Positions 49,011 to 61,056 of a DNA stretch of 64,000 nt are shown here, one piece after another. The stretch's first letter is position 1, and the number at the start of each line of letters is the position of its first letter. The stretch spans positions 75,803-139,802 of the forward strand of contig CAYXPQ010000001.1 of the NCBI GenBank assembly GCA_964467225.1, read 5' to 3'. The translations under genes and the position numbers were made by a program. This DNA is from an uncultured Candidatus Saccharibacteria bacterium. GTDB taxonomy: Bacteria > Patescibacteriota > Minisyncoccia > Phycocordibacterales > PALSA-1337. Under the pieces are notes generated by a model. The model did not search any database. It was given only the letters and a program-made list of their open reading frames with translations, and was not told the origin of the DNA.

Positions 49011-49613
49011 ATGCCTAAAATAAATTTTAAAAATAAAGGATTTACTTTAGTGGAGCTCATGGTGACTGTGGGTATATTTACGATTATTTCTGGACTGCTT
49101 TTGGCTCGATATAGTAATTTTAATCAAGGAATTATTCTAACAAATCTGGCATATGATATTGCGCTTACTATTAGAAGTGCCCAATCTTCAAGTATCAATG
49201 TAAAAAGTTATCCAGGTAGCACAGGATATTCAGGAGAATTCAATTATCCTTTTGGTGTATATTTTACTGACAACTCTACATCTTTTATCAGTTTTGCAGA
49301 TTCTAACTATAACGATAATACTGATATCGGTAGTTATAATACAGGTGAAGCAATAGCGACGACAAATATTACAAGAGGTAGTAGAATTAGTGATATATGT
49401 TCTGGAACAGAGACAAACTGTAATAACAATATATCAGAGCTGAATATAGTTTTCAAAAGGCCAGATCCTATAGCTCATATAGTGTCAGTAGATCCGACTA
49501 ATGGAAATAAAATCACTACAGAGAATCCATATGCAGAAATTACAGTATCATCAGTTGAAGGGCTAACAAAAAAGGTGATTGTTAGATCTACAGGTCAAAT
49601 ATCAGTTAGATAA
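49011..49613 (+). CDS. Minor pilin (FimT/GspH-like)
   Basis: KGFTLVELMV. Confidence 0.85.
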   Translation: MPKINFKNKGFTLVELMVTVGIFTIISGLLLARYSNFNQGIILTNLAYDIALTIRSAQSSSINVKSYPGSTGYSGEFNYPFGVYFTDNSTSFISFADSNYNDNTDIGSYNTGEAIATTNITRGSRISDICSGTETNCNNNISELNIVFKRPDPIAHIVSVDPTNGNKITTENPYAEITVSSVEGLTKKVIVRSTGQISVR

Positions 49614-49614
49614 A

Positions 49615-50226
49615 ATGATAAGAAATAATATTAAATACAATAAAGGATTTACTTTGTTAGAGATGATAGTCTCATTAGGTATATTTGCTGTGGTGGCTGT
49701 TATAGCAGTAGGAGCTTTACTCAAGATTTCCGATGCAAATAGAAAATCTTTGATATTAAAGACCGCAGTTAATAATCTCAATTTTGCACTCGAGACAATG
49801 TCTCGTGAAATGAGATTGGGATCAGGTTATACTTGTTCGCCAAATATCAATTCAATTACTAGAAATGGTAACACAACGAATTGTTCTAATAATGGAGGTT
49901 GGGTTTTAGCATTTGATTCGCAATATAGAGGAAAGGATTCAACAAATATTAATGTGGAATGTAATCTTACTTATGTATATTTTTTTGACAAAGCAGTGAA
50001 TAAGTTAAAAAAGATGCAAAGCAGATATTGTGACGATAATATTAATGATTCTAATAAATATTTTGATGTAATTTCCCCTGATGTAAATATTATTGATTCT
50101 GATATAAGAATTGATAGATCTAATCAACCAAAAGCATTTATTTGGCTAAAGGGGGAAGTGGGTACAAGAGAATTTGATAAAGTTGGGTTCTCACTTCAGA
50201 CAACCATATCACAAAGAGCACCATAA
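49615..50226 (+). CDS. Minor pilin (PilW/GspJ-like; start ATG 49615)
   Basis: KGFTLLEMIV. Confidence 0.85.
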   Translation: MIRNNIKYNKGFTLLEMIVSLGIFAVVAVIAVGALLKISDANRKSLILKTAVNNLNFALETMSREMRLGSGYTCSPNINSITRNGNTTNCSNNGGWVLAFDSQYRGKDSTNINVECNLTYVYFFDKAVNKLKKMQSRYCDDNINDSNKYFDVISPDVNIIDSDIRIDRSNQPKAFIWLKGEVGTREFDKVGFSLQTTISQRAP

Positions 50227-50229
50227 TTT

Positions 50230-50753
50230 ATGACAACAATTAATTATAAAAAAGGATTTACAATTATAGAAACACTAGTTGCTGTGACAATACTTATGTT
50301 GGCAATTATAGGTCCAATGACAGTATCTCAAAAGAGTCTAGTAGCTTCTATATATGCTAAGGATCAGATAATTGCATCATATCTTGCTCAAGATGTAATG
50401 GAGTATTTAAAAAATAAAAGAGATACTTATTTATCCACTTCATCTTTCCAGAATTGGGTAAATACTTATGCAGTATGTACAAGTTCTAATCCATGCAGTG
50501 CAGATACATTCATGGATAGATTCGATGCTCCATGTGTAAATTCATGTAGATTATATGATAGGGGTACCCGTTATACTCCAGACAGTACTTCTGCTGAACC
50601 TACTATTTTCTATAGAAGTTTCTATATAGACCGTCTAGCAACCGCAACTTCAAATGCTGCAAATGAGGTAAGGGTGGTTGTAAGAGTATGGTGGCAGAAT
50701 AGTAACAATCCGAGCGAAACATTATTAGAAAGTCAATTTTTTAATGTTGTAAG

Positions 50754-50757
<4 letters not shown>
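50230..50757 (+). CDS. Minor pilin (PilV-like)
   Basis: KGFTIIETLVA, LAQDVME. Confidence 0.85.
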
Positions 50758-53250
<2,493 letters not shown>

Positions 53251-53275
53251 AATAGTTTGTGATATATTTCTATTT

Positions 53276-53581
53276 ATGATAACAGTTAAGGAAATAGAGA
53301 ATCTGGCAAATCTAGCTCGAATTAAATTGGACGAATCAGAGAAGCAGTCTTTGACGAAGGAGATTGATTCTATATTGAATTATATTGATGAAATTAAAAA
53401 AGCTACAGTCAATATCGATTTTGAACCCACTGTTGGAGCTGTAAATAATATTTACCGAGAAGATAGCCTCGAGTCCATTTCCTCAGATACAAGAGAAGCA
53501 ATTCTAAATGAAGCTCCTGACAGAGAAGGGGATTTTGTAGCAGTGAAAAAAATTATCGATCAAGAACAATTTGATTTATGA
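53276..53581 (+). CDS. gatC: Asp/Glu-tRNA amidotransferase subunit C
   Basis: LANLARI, RED, AP; precedes gatA. Confidence 0.92.
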   Translation: MITVKEIENLANLARIKLDESEKQSLTKEIDSILNYIDEIKKATVNIDFEPTVGAVNNIYREDSLESISSDTREAILNEAPDREGDFVAVKKIIDQEQFDL

Positions 53582-55002
53582 TTGATTTAAATAATCTGAC
53601 AATTAAAAAGGCGCATGAAGCAATGAAAAGATGTGAGTATACTGCTGTAGATCTTGCAAATGCTTATTTATCTGAAATTAAAAATAAAAATGGAGAAATA
53701 AATGCTTATCTAGAAGTGTTCTCAGATGTGATAGAACAAGCTAAGGAAGCTGACAAAAGATTTAAGGATGGTACAGCGACTCTTCTAACTGGTATACCTT
53801 TTGCAGTTAAAGATAATATTCTGATAAGAGGTAGAATTGCTAGCTCAGCTTCAAAAATATTGGATGATTACCATGCGACTTATGATGCTACTGTTATTGA
53901 AAGATTGAAGAAAGAAGGAGTTATATTTGTTGGGAGAACAAATATGGATGAGTTTGCTATGGGTGGATCGACCGAGAATTCTGCTTTTGGAGTTACAAAA
54001 AATCCTTTTGATACTTCAAGAGTTTCGGGCGGATCATCTGGAGGTACTGCAGGTGCTATAGCAATGAATGGAGCTCTAGCCGGCCTGGGTTCTGATACAG
54101 GAGGATCGATAAGACAGCCTGCGAGTTTTTGTTCCCTTGTCGGTCTAAAACCAACTTATGGCAGAGTCTCAAGGCATGGAGTAATGGCTATGGGTTCTTC
54201 TCTAGATCAAATAGGACCATTTGGTAAAACAGTTACTGATGTAGAGACAATTTACAATATTATTTCTGGTAATGATCCCAAAGATAGCACGACCATAAAA
54301 AAAGAGACTTATAAATCAAAAAAAATATCTGGAAAGCCAATAATAGGTATTCCAAGACATTTCTTAGGTGGTGATGGTATTGATAAGGATACTATGGATA
54401 ATTTCAATGAATCTCTAGATAAATTAAAATCCTTAGGATATCAAATTAAAGATATAAATTTACCAAATATCTCTTATTCCTTGGCAGTGTATTATGTCAT
54501 TATGCCTGCAGAAGTATCTTCAAATCTTTCTCGCTTTGATGGAGTAAGATTTGGTCTTCATAAAGATGGCAAAAGCGGCATAGATGACTATTTCGAAACT
54601 AGAGGAGCTGGCTTTGGTAAGGAAGTTAGAAGGAGAATTTTGCTTGGAACTTATGTTCTTTCTTCTGGATATTACGATGCATATTACAATAGAGCAAATG
54701 CCGTTAGGAGAATTATTACACAGGACTTCGTGAAAGCATTTGAAAATGTTGATATAATATTAACACCTACGACACCGGCACCAGCCTTCAAAATCGGTGA
54801 GAAAGTTTCTGATCCAGTAGCAATGTACCTTGAGGATATATTTACAGTAACTGCAAATCTCACTGGTATGCCAGCTATGTCTATACCTTCAGGATTTTCG
54901 GAAAAGGAAGGCAAGCAACTTCCTTTAGGTATACAGCTTACAGCAAGACATGGTGAAGAAAGTTTACTTTTTGAAGTTGGTAAAAAGTTTTTGGGTGAAT
55001 AA
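53578..55002 (+). CDS. gatA: Asp/Glu-tRNA amidotransferase subunit A
   Basis: NMDEFAMG, GGSSGG, SDTGGSIRQPA, RRILLGTYVLS. Confidence 0.98.
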   Translation: MIDLNNLTIKKAHEAMKRCEYTAVDLANAYLSEIKNKNGEINAYLEVFSDVIEQAKEADKRFKDGTATLLTGIPFAVKDNILIRGRIASSASKILDDYHATYDATVIERLKKEGVIFVGRTNMDEFAMGGSTENSAFGVTKNPFDTSRVSGGSSGGTAGAIAMNGALAGLGSDTGGSIRQPASFCSLVGLKPTYGRVSRHGVMAMGSSLDQIGPFGKTVTDVETIYNIISGNDPKDSTTIKKETYKSKKISGKPIIGIPRHFLGGDGIDKDTMDNFNESLDKLKSLGYQIKDINLPNISYSLAVYYVIMPAEVSSNLSRFDGVRFGLHKDGKSGIDDYFETRGAGFGKEVRRRILLGTYVLSSGYYDAYYNRANAVRRIITQDFVKAFENVDIILTPTTPAPAFKIGEKVSDPVAMYLEDIFTVTANLTGMPAMSIPSGFSEKEGKQLPLGIQLTARHGEESLLFEVGKKFLGE

Positions 55003-55004
55003 AT

Positions 55005-55601
55005 ATGGAACAAACAACTAATATAGTTTCTCCACCTACTATTGATAGTGTCAGTTATTTGAGTAATCTACTTACTTATATAATTAATCATATACCAAAT
55101 GTGATTGATTTTATGAAATATATAGTAGGTGTTTTTGTTGGGATTTCTTTTATTCTATCCCTCATGCTTTTTATCGGAATTATATATAGTGTTGAGAAAT
55201 TGAAACAGATTAGAAAAAAGGAAGAAGAAATTTATAATCCAAAGATTGAAGTTGCTTATCAAGAAGTAATGAAAGGTGACCCAGAACTCGCTTATAGGTG
55301 GGATAAAGTCAAAAATCATATTGAAAGTGAGAACGATAATGATTGGAGACAAGCTATTATCGAGGCAGATATTATGCTTGGTGAATTATTAACCAAGATG
55401 GGTTATAAGGGTGAGGGAATAGGTGAGCAGTTGAAGCGTGTTGAAAAATCAGATTTTAATACTCTTGATGATGCTTGGGAAGCTCATAAAGTTCGCAATA
55501 GAATTGCGCACGATGGTTCTGATTATGTTCTAAATAAGACTGAAGCGAAGCGTATAATAGATTTATATAGAAAGGTCTTTGATGAATTTTATTTCATTTA
55601 G
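55005..55601 (+). CDS. Membrane-anchored protein with HEPN-like RxxxxH motif
   Basis: One TM helix; AIIEAD..L; VRNRIAHD. Confidence 0.75.
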   Translation: MEQTTNIVSPPTIDSVSYLSNLLTYIINHIPNVIDFMKYIVGVFVGISFILSLMLFIGIIYSVEKLKQIRKKEEEIYNPKIEVAYQEVMKGDPELAYRWDKVKNHIESENDNDWRQAIIEADIMLGELLTKMGYKGEGIGEQLKRVEKSDFNTLDDAWEAHKVRNRIAHDGSDYVLNKTEAKRIIDLYRKVFDEFYFI

Positions 55602-55654
55602 TTGCACTATTGCACCCTTGTCATTTTTATTTATTATGTTAATATTGTTTTAAT

Positions 55655-55726
55655 AGCGGGGTAGAGCAACGGTAGCTCGTCAGGCTCATAACCTGAAGAT
55701 TGTCGGTTCGATTCCGACCTCCGCAA
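55655..55726 (+). tRNA. Initiator tRNA-fMet (CAT)
   Basis: A1:A72 mismatch, GAGC/GCTC D-stem, TCAGG-CTCATAA-CCTGA. Confidence 0.9.
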
Positions 55727-55783
55727 CAAGTATTAATTTAAAAACTGGCGGATTCTGGCTTTTTTTGTTATATTTTGTTTTAT

Positions 55784-55860
55784 GTCGGCGTAGCTCAGTT
55801 GGCTAGAGCGTGGGACTCATAAGCCCAAGGTCGAAGGTTCGATCCCTTCCGCCGACACCA
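55784..55860 (+). tRNA. tRNA-Met elongator (CAT)
   Basis: GTCGGCG/CGCCGAC, CTCATAA loop, encoded CCA; an Ile2 identity is not excluded. Confidence 0.85.
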
Positions 55861-55918
55861 TAGAATGGTTATTATATATTTTGAATTTATACAATATTAT
55901 GTATAATAGGTTATAAAT

Positions 55919-55992
55919 GCGGTCGTAGCTCAATTGGTTAGAGCACTCCCCTGTCACGGGAGAGGCCGCGGGTTCGAGTCCCGTCGACCGCG
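55919..55992 (+). tRNA. tRNA-Asp (GTC)
   Basis: GCGGTCG/CGACCGC, CTCCC-CTGTCAC-GGGAG, G73. Confidence 0.95.
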
Positions 55993-56024
55993 CATTCGTA
56001 AAATAAATAAGTTATAATACAAAT

Positions 56025-56405
56025 ATGAAACATAAAGTAGCAAAGATCCTTCTTGTAGAAGATGACCCCACACAAAGACTGGCTTTAGGTGTGAATCTTG
56101 TAAATGAAGGATTTGTTGTTTACAATGCTAAGAATGGAGAAGAAGGATTACTATATGCCTTAGGAGAACATCCAGATGTGATTCTTCTGGATATTGTGAT
56201 GCCAAAGATGAATGGGTTTGAAATGATAAAGCAGTTACGAGCAGATGAATGGGGTAAGAATGCAAAAATAATAATTTTGACTAATTCGCCAGACCTGCAA
56301 AATGTTGAGAAGAGTATAAATAGTGAGGTCTATGAATATATTATAAAAAGTGATACAACTACTGAGAAGATTATTCAGAAAGTTAGGGATTTGTTATTAG
56401 TATAA
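56025..56405 (+). CDS. Single-domain response regulator
   Basis: VEDD, LDIVMPKMNG, ILTN, YIIK. Confidence 0.92.
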   Translation: MKHKVAKILLVEDDPTQRLALGVNLVNEGFVVYNAKNGEEGLLYALGEHPDVILLDIVMPKMNGFEMIKQLRADEWGKNAKIIILTNSPDLQNVEKSINSEVYEYIIKSDTTTEKIIQKVRDLLLV

Positions 56406-56410
56406 TTTAA

Positions 56411-56486
56411 GCCGACGTAGCTCGGTTGGTAGAGCACTCCATTGGTAATGGAGAGGTCATCGGTTCAATCCCGATCGTCGGCTCCA
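56411..56486 (+). tRNA. tRNA-Thr (GGT)
   Basis: GCCGACG/CGTCGGC, CTCCA-TTGGTAA-TGGAG, encoded CCA. Confidence 0.95.
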
Positions 56487-56664
56487 TTTTGTGAATAATG
56501 TTGTTGATTGTACATATAGAAGTTGTATAATTATGAGCATGTGAGTACTAATAAGGCTGTTGCCTAACTGTTAGTATTTACCAAAATAGAATGTCTACAT
56601 AAGATTCTGCCTTGGCAGAATTTTGTGTTTTACAGAGGTAAATATTAAATGTATAATTCTATAT

Positions 56665-57864
56665 ATGACGAATAGAGAAAGACTTGGAATAGTTTTTATT
56701 AGTCTATTTGTACTTTTTAGTTTAGTCTCATCAACTAGCCAGTTTGATCTCAACTATATTTTTACTAAAGTAAATAATTTATCAAATTCAATTCTTGCAA
56801 AAGTTGGTGATGCCTTACCAAATGAGACCCCAATAGCAAAATCTAATTCTGATACAGTTCAAGTGATTAAACCTAGTGATAGTCTCTTAGTTCAACTTGA
56901 AAATATAAATGATAATCAAGTCTTTTCAGTTGATAGATGTGAGACGAAGGAATCTCTTGCAAGATACCCTATCGACAAAAATAAGTTAGCTAAAGATGCA
57001 AAATGCACAGCAGGATACATGGAAGGTACTGTTTTGAATATCAAAATCGCTAATGCAAATAATAGTGTTGAAATTCTTGATGATCTAATTAAATTACTAA
57101 AAGGCACTTTAAATAATCTTAATGCAAAAGGCACAATAGATGGTATGGTAATTGCTGGCCTTCCTGTAGGTGCAGAGATAAAGACAGTAATAGAAAATGC
57201 CAATAATATCTCAGTTGCATGTATAAACAAAGATGGTGATAAGTTGAAAAATCAAAGAGTTGGAAAGTATAAGCCAGTTAATGATGAAATGTATACTTCT
57301 GTTACAGAAGAACAAAAGAAGAGTCTAGAATTTATCAAAAATGGAATTAAAGATTTAAATACAAAAATCCAGAAGTCACAGGAAAGTAAAGAAGATATAG
57401 TACAAAAATTATTGCTCCAGTCATTGGAGATTGTAAAAAGATTTAAAACAGATTTCATACCAGTTGATGCGTCACTTCTGGCAGATAATAGAAATCTTGA
57501 TAATCTAGCTAAATTAAAAATGACTGTTGATATGCAAAAAGATAATTCAAATAATCTTATAATAGATAATCCGAATAAATTCTTATCATATAAGATAAGT
57601 ATAGCAACAAGATTTATGTCTGGCATTCCGCATATTAGTGAACCTTATTATAAGGGCAAGGTTACAATGTCTGTAGAAGATGAAAGTATTGAGAATGACA
57701 CTGTGGTGATTCCAGAACCAATTATTTTTAAAGATTTGAGGGAGACTATTGTTGCCAAAATCAATGAATTAACAAAAATAAGATCAAAGTTTGCAAAAAA
57801 TTTATCAATAGCTCAAGAATCAAAGAAAAAGTTGGAATCAAATAGTTATTATTGCCAACTGTAA
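56665..57864 (+). CDS. Hypothetical membrane-anchored protein (start ATG 56665)
   Basis: N-terminal hydrophobic helix, helical/coiled-coil body. Confidence 0.7.
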   Translation: MTNRERLGIVFISLFVLFSLVSSTSQFDLNYIFTKVNNLSNSILAKVGDALPNETPIAKSNSDTVQVIKPSDSLLVQLENINDNQVFSVDRCETKESLARYPIDKNKLAKDAKCTAGYMEGTVLNIKIANANNSVEILDDLIKLLKGTLNNLNAKGTIDGMVIAGLPVGAEIKTVIENANNISVACINKDGDKLKNQRVGKYKPVNDEMYTSVTEEQKKSLEFIKNGIKDLNTKIQKSQESKEDIVQKLLLQSLEIVKRFKTDFIPVDASLLADNRNLDNLAKLKMTVDMQKDNSNNLIIDNPNKFLSYKISIATRFMSGIPHISEPYYKGKVTMSVEDESIENDTVVIPEPIIFKDLRETIVAKINELTKIRSKFAKNLSIAQESKKKLESNSYYCQL

Positions 57865-57867
57865 GTT

Positions 57868-59151
57868 ATGAGAGATATATTCCAGCCTATTATAGCAAAC
57901 TTGGAAAGCATTATTGAACATGGAGGTTATGTTATTTTATCTTTGATAACTATTTTGGAAGGTGTACCAATAATTGGTTCACTAATTCCAGGACATACAG
58001 TAGTGATAATATCTGGATTTTTATCAAAGATAGGAGTATTTCATCTGGGTGTTGTTATTTTTGTAGTGATATTATCTGCTATGATAGGGGATTTCTCAGG
58101 ATTCTATTTGGGCAAAAAGTATGGATATGGTTTTTTGAATAAATTTGGAAAAGCGCTATTTATCAAAGATGAATATATAGAAAAGGCAAAACAAATAGTA
58201 GTAAATCACACAGGCAAAGCAATAATTCTTGGTAGATTTAATCCTATTACTAGACCATTAGTACCATTCATTGTTGGTGCCAGTAAGGTTCATATAAATA
58301 AGTTTTGGTTATTTGATTTTCTGGGAGTTGCATTGTGGGCAGTATTTTCAATTCTGCTGGGGTATATATTTGGTGCGAGTTATCATCTAGTTTCAGGCGT
58401 AATAGGCAAATTTATTTTTATCGCTGTAATTATTTCTATTTTAATAATATGGGGATATAGTTTGATAAACAAAAGATTTCATATTTTTGCTAAATATGAA
58501 TTAATAGTACTTATATTTAACTTGATAGGTCTTTATGGATTTTTCAAAACAATTCAAGATGCGATTACTGATCATACTTTCATGGCGGAATTGGATATTT
58601 GGTTGAATACTTTTTTTATTACTAATGCCAAATTGTCATCACTTGTTTTCATGAATTTGATTACTGATATATTCAGTCCGTTATCGTTGTTGCTTGTTTC
58701 AATTGTGATCTCATTTTATTTATTTCACAAAAAAAGGTGGAGGTATTTGCTGATCACACTATCTTCGGTGTTTGGAGGTTTTATTATGGGTGGATTCATA
58801 AAGGAAATTATAGAAAGAACTCGACCACTAAATTCTTTTGTCTTTGAATCAGATTATAGTTTCCCTAGTGTGCATGCACTCATGGCAACAATCTTTTTTA
58901 CTCTAATCATATATATTTTCATTTGCAAAATAAAATCTCTAGTTATTAGAGAATTATCTATTGTGTTATCGGTTCTTCTTATTGTACTGGTTTCTGTTTC
59001 TAGATTATATTTAGGTGTACATTGGTTGTCAGATATTATTGCTGGATGTTCGTTTGGTCTATTTTGGACTACCTCGATTATATTGTCGGTTAGATATTTT
59101 GGTCTTATTTATACTAATATCAGAGACAACTGGTATAAAAAAACAATATAA
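57868..59151 (+). CDS. DedA family / PAP2 phosphatase fusion
   Basis: LIPGH, GRFNP.TRP (DedA); K.....R.RP, SFPSVH, SRLYLGVHWLSDI (PAP2). Confidence 0.92.
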   Translation: MRDIFQPIIANLESIIEHGGYVILSLITILEGVPIIGSLIPGHTVVIISGFLSKIGVFHLGVVIFVVILSAMIGDFSGFYLGKKYGYGFLNKFGKALFIKDEYIEKAKQIVVNHTGKAIILGRFNPITRPLVPFIVGASKVHINKFWLFDFLGVALWAVFSILLGYIFGASYHLVSGVIGKFIFIAVIISILIIWGYSLINKRFHIFAKYELIVLIFNLIGLYGFFKTIQDAITDHTFMAELDIWLNTFFITNAKLSSLVFMNLITDIFSPLSLLLVSIVISFYLFHKKRWRYLLITLSSVFGGFIMGGFIKEIIERTRPLNSFVFESDYSFPSVHALMATIFFTLIIYIFICKIKSLVIRELSIVLSVLLIVLVSVSRLYLGVHWLSDIIAGCSFGLFWTTSIILSVRYFGLIYTNIRDNWYKKTI

Positions 59152-59167
59152 ATTATAATTGAACATT

Positions 59168-59890
59168 ATGTATAAAATAGTATTACTTAGACATGGACAA
59201 ACAGTCTATAACAGGGATAAAGTATTTTGTGGTTGGACAGATGTAGATTTAACAGAACAAGGAATAAATGAAGCTATTGAGGCAGGTAAAAGCCTCAAAC
59301 TTTCTGGTTATAAATTTGATATTGCATTTTGTTCAGTACTCAAGAGATCTCGAGAAACATTGAGTATTGTATTAGATGAATTAGGTCAATCAGATTTACC
59401 AATAAACTATACTTGGAGATTAAATGAAAGACATTATGGAGCATTACAAGGTCAGAAGCATGCGGATGTTGCTGCTACATGTAGTGTTGAGCAAGTTCAG
59501 AAATGGCGCAGAAGCTTCTGTGAAAGACCACCATTGCTTACTGAGGAAGATCCTAGAAATCCATGTAATGACGAGAAATATTGTGATATTGATAAAAAGG
59601 ATTTGCCTTGTGGAGAATCTCTAGAAGATACTGTGAAGAGAGTTTTGGTATATTGGCAAAATGATATCGTACCTGTTGTTAAAGCTGGCAAAATTTCTAT
59701 AGTCGCAGCAAGTGGAAATAGCCTTAGAGCACTTGTAAAACATATTGATGGTATAAGTGATGATGGTATAGTGGGATTAGAAATACCAACTGCTACTCCG
59801 TTAGTCTATGAATTAGATGAGAATCTAAAGCCTATTAGTAGATACTATCTTGTGAAGGATGGTGTAAAACAGCCATTGTCCAGAAATTAA
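59168..59890 (+). CDS. gpmA: 2,3-bisphosphoglycerate-dependent phosphoglycerate mutase
   Basis: LLRHGQ, GWTDV, WRLNERHYGALQG, GNSLRAL. Confidence 0.96.
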   Translation: MYKIVLLRHGQTVYNRDKVFCGWTDVDLTEQGINEAIEAGKSLKLSGYKFDIAFCSVLKRSRETLSIVLDELGQSDLPINYTWRLNERHYGALQGQKHADVAATCSVEQVQKWRRSFCERPPLLTEEDPRNPCNDEKYCDIDKKDLPCGESLEDTVKRVLVYWQNDIVPVVKAGKISIVAASGNSLRALVKHIDGISDDGIVGLEIPTATPLVYELDENLKPISRYYLVKDGVKQPLSRN

Positions 59891-59913
59891 TATTGTTGAT
59901 ATAATATTTGCAG

Positions 59914-60003
59914 TTGTTCCAAGTGTTGGCGGACGGCTGTACTCACATATTAATTTAGACATTATATTTGGAGCTAGCACCCGTTCGCCAACATTTGGCG
60001 CAA
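59914..60003 (+). ncRNA. Candidate rod-like structured RNA of unknown family
   Basis: 18-bp stem CCAAGTGTTGGCGGACGG / CCGTTCGCCAACATTTGG with G-U pairs; TGATATAAT just upstream. Confidence 0.5.
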
Positions 60004-60023
60004 TTTTATGCTAGTATAGGGAA

Positions 60024-61043
60024 ATGAAAATTACGGAGAATCAGGGATTGAAAGAATTGACTACATTTAAAACTGGTGGGAATGCTCGTTATTTTTGTAT
60101 TGTTACAAATGAAGATGAGCTTATAGAAGCTATTGGATTTTCTAAAAAAAATAAAATTCCTTTTTTCATATTAGGTGGTGGCTCTAATATTCTTGTAGCA
60201 GACAAGGGCTTTGATGGTCTTGTAATAAAGATTGAAATAAAGGGAATAAAGTATGAAGAGAATGGAAATTCTGTAAAAGCAATTGTAGGAGCAGGGGAGA
60301 ATTGGGATAATCTGGTAGCTGATACAATAGAAAGAGGATATTATGGTCTTGAGAATCTTTCTTTAATTCCTGGTACTGTGGGAGCTTCTCCGGTGCAGAA
60401 TATTGGCGCGTATGGAAGCGAGGTCAAAGATACTATTGAATCCGTCTATGTTCTAGATGTTAAAAAAGACGAATACAAAACTTTTTCAAATTCAGAATGT
60501 GATTTTTCATATAGAGATAGTATTTTTAAAAAAGAAAAGGGTAGATATGTGGTTATTTATGTTACTTTTAATTTAAATAAAGATGGCAAATTAAATTTAA
60601 CTTATAAGGATGTACAAGAATATTTTAATAAAAGGCAGAATTCCAATCCAAGTCTAAGACAAGTTAGAAATGCAATAGTTGATATTCGGACAAATAAATT
60701 ACCAAATTTGCAGGAATATGGTACTGCTGGATCATTTTTCAAAAATGTGATTGTTTCTCAAGCGAAAGCAAGGGAATTGGTCTCAAAATATCCGGATATA
60801 ATAGTTCATCAAGTAAATGATAAGAAAGTCAAAATCCCATTGGCTTGGATACTTGATAATATTTGTGGATTTAAGGGTAAAAGAAAGGGAAATGTCGGTG
60901 TCTACAAAAATCAGGCATTAGTATTGGTAAATTATGGCAATGCAATTTCAAATGAGGTTATTGAGTTAGCTCAAGAGATGGTGGACTGTGTATATGAAAA
61001 GACTGGTATTGAGATTTTTCCTGAGGTGGAATATGTGATATAG
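60024..61043 (+). CDS. murB: UDP-N-acetylmuramate dehydrogenase
   Basis: LGGGSN, ENLSLIPGTVGASPVQNIGAYG, YRDSIFK, AGSFFKN. Confidence 0.97.
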   Translation: MKITENQGLKELTTFKTGGNARYFCIVTNEDELIEAIGFSKKNKIPFFILGGGSNILVADKGFDGLVIKIEIKGIKYEENGNSVKAIVGAGENWDNLVADTIERGYYGLENLSLIPGTVGASPVQNIGAYGSEVKDTIESVYVLDVKKDEYKTFSNSECDFSYRDSIFKKEKGRYVVIYVTFNLNKDGKLNLTYKDVQEYFNKRQNSNPSLRQVRNAIVDIRTNKLPNLQEYGTAGSFFKNVIVSQAKARELVSKYPDIIVHQVNDKKVKIPLAWILDNICGFKGKRKGNVGVYKNQALVLVNYGNAISNEVIELAQEMVDCVYEKTGIEIFPEVEYVI

Positions 61044-61056
61044 TGTCATTCACATT

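Noticed and set aside
59914-60003. SRP RNA call for the hairpin
   Set aside because: It lacks the helix-8 tetraloop and AGCAG internal-loop motif.
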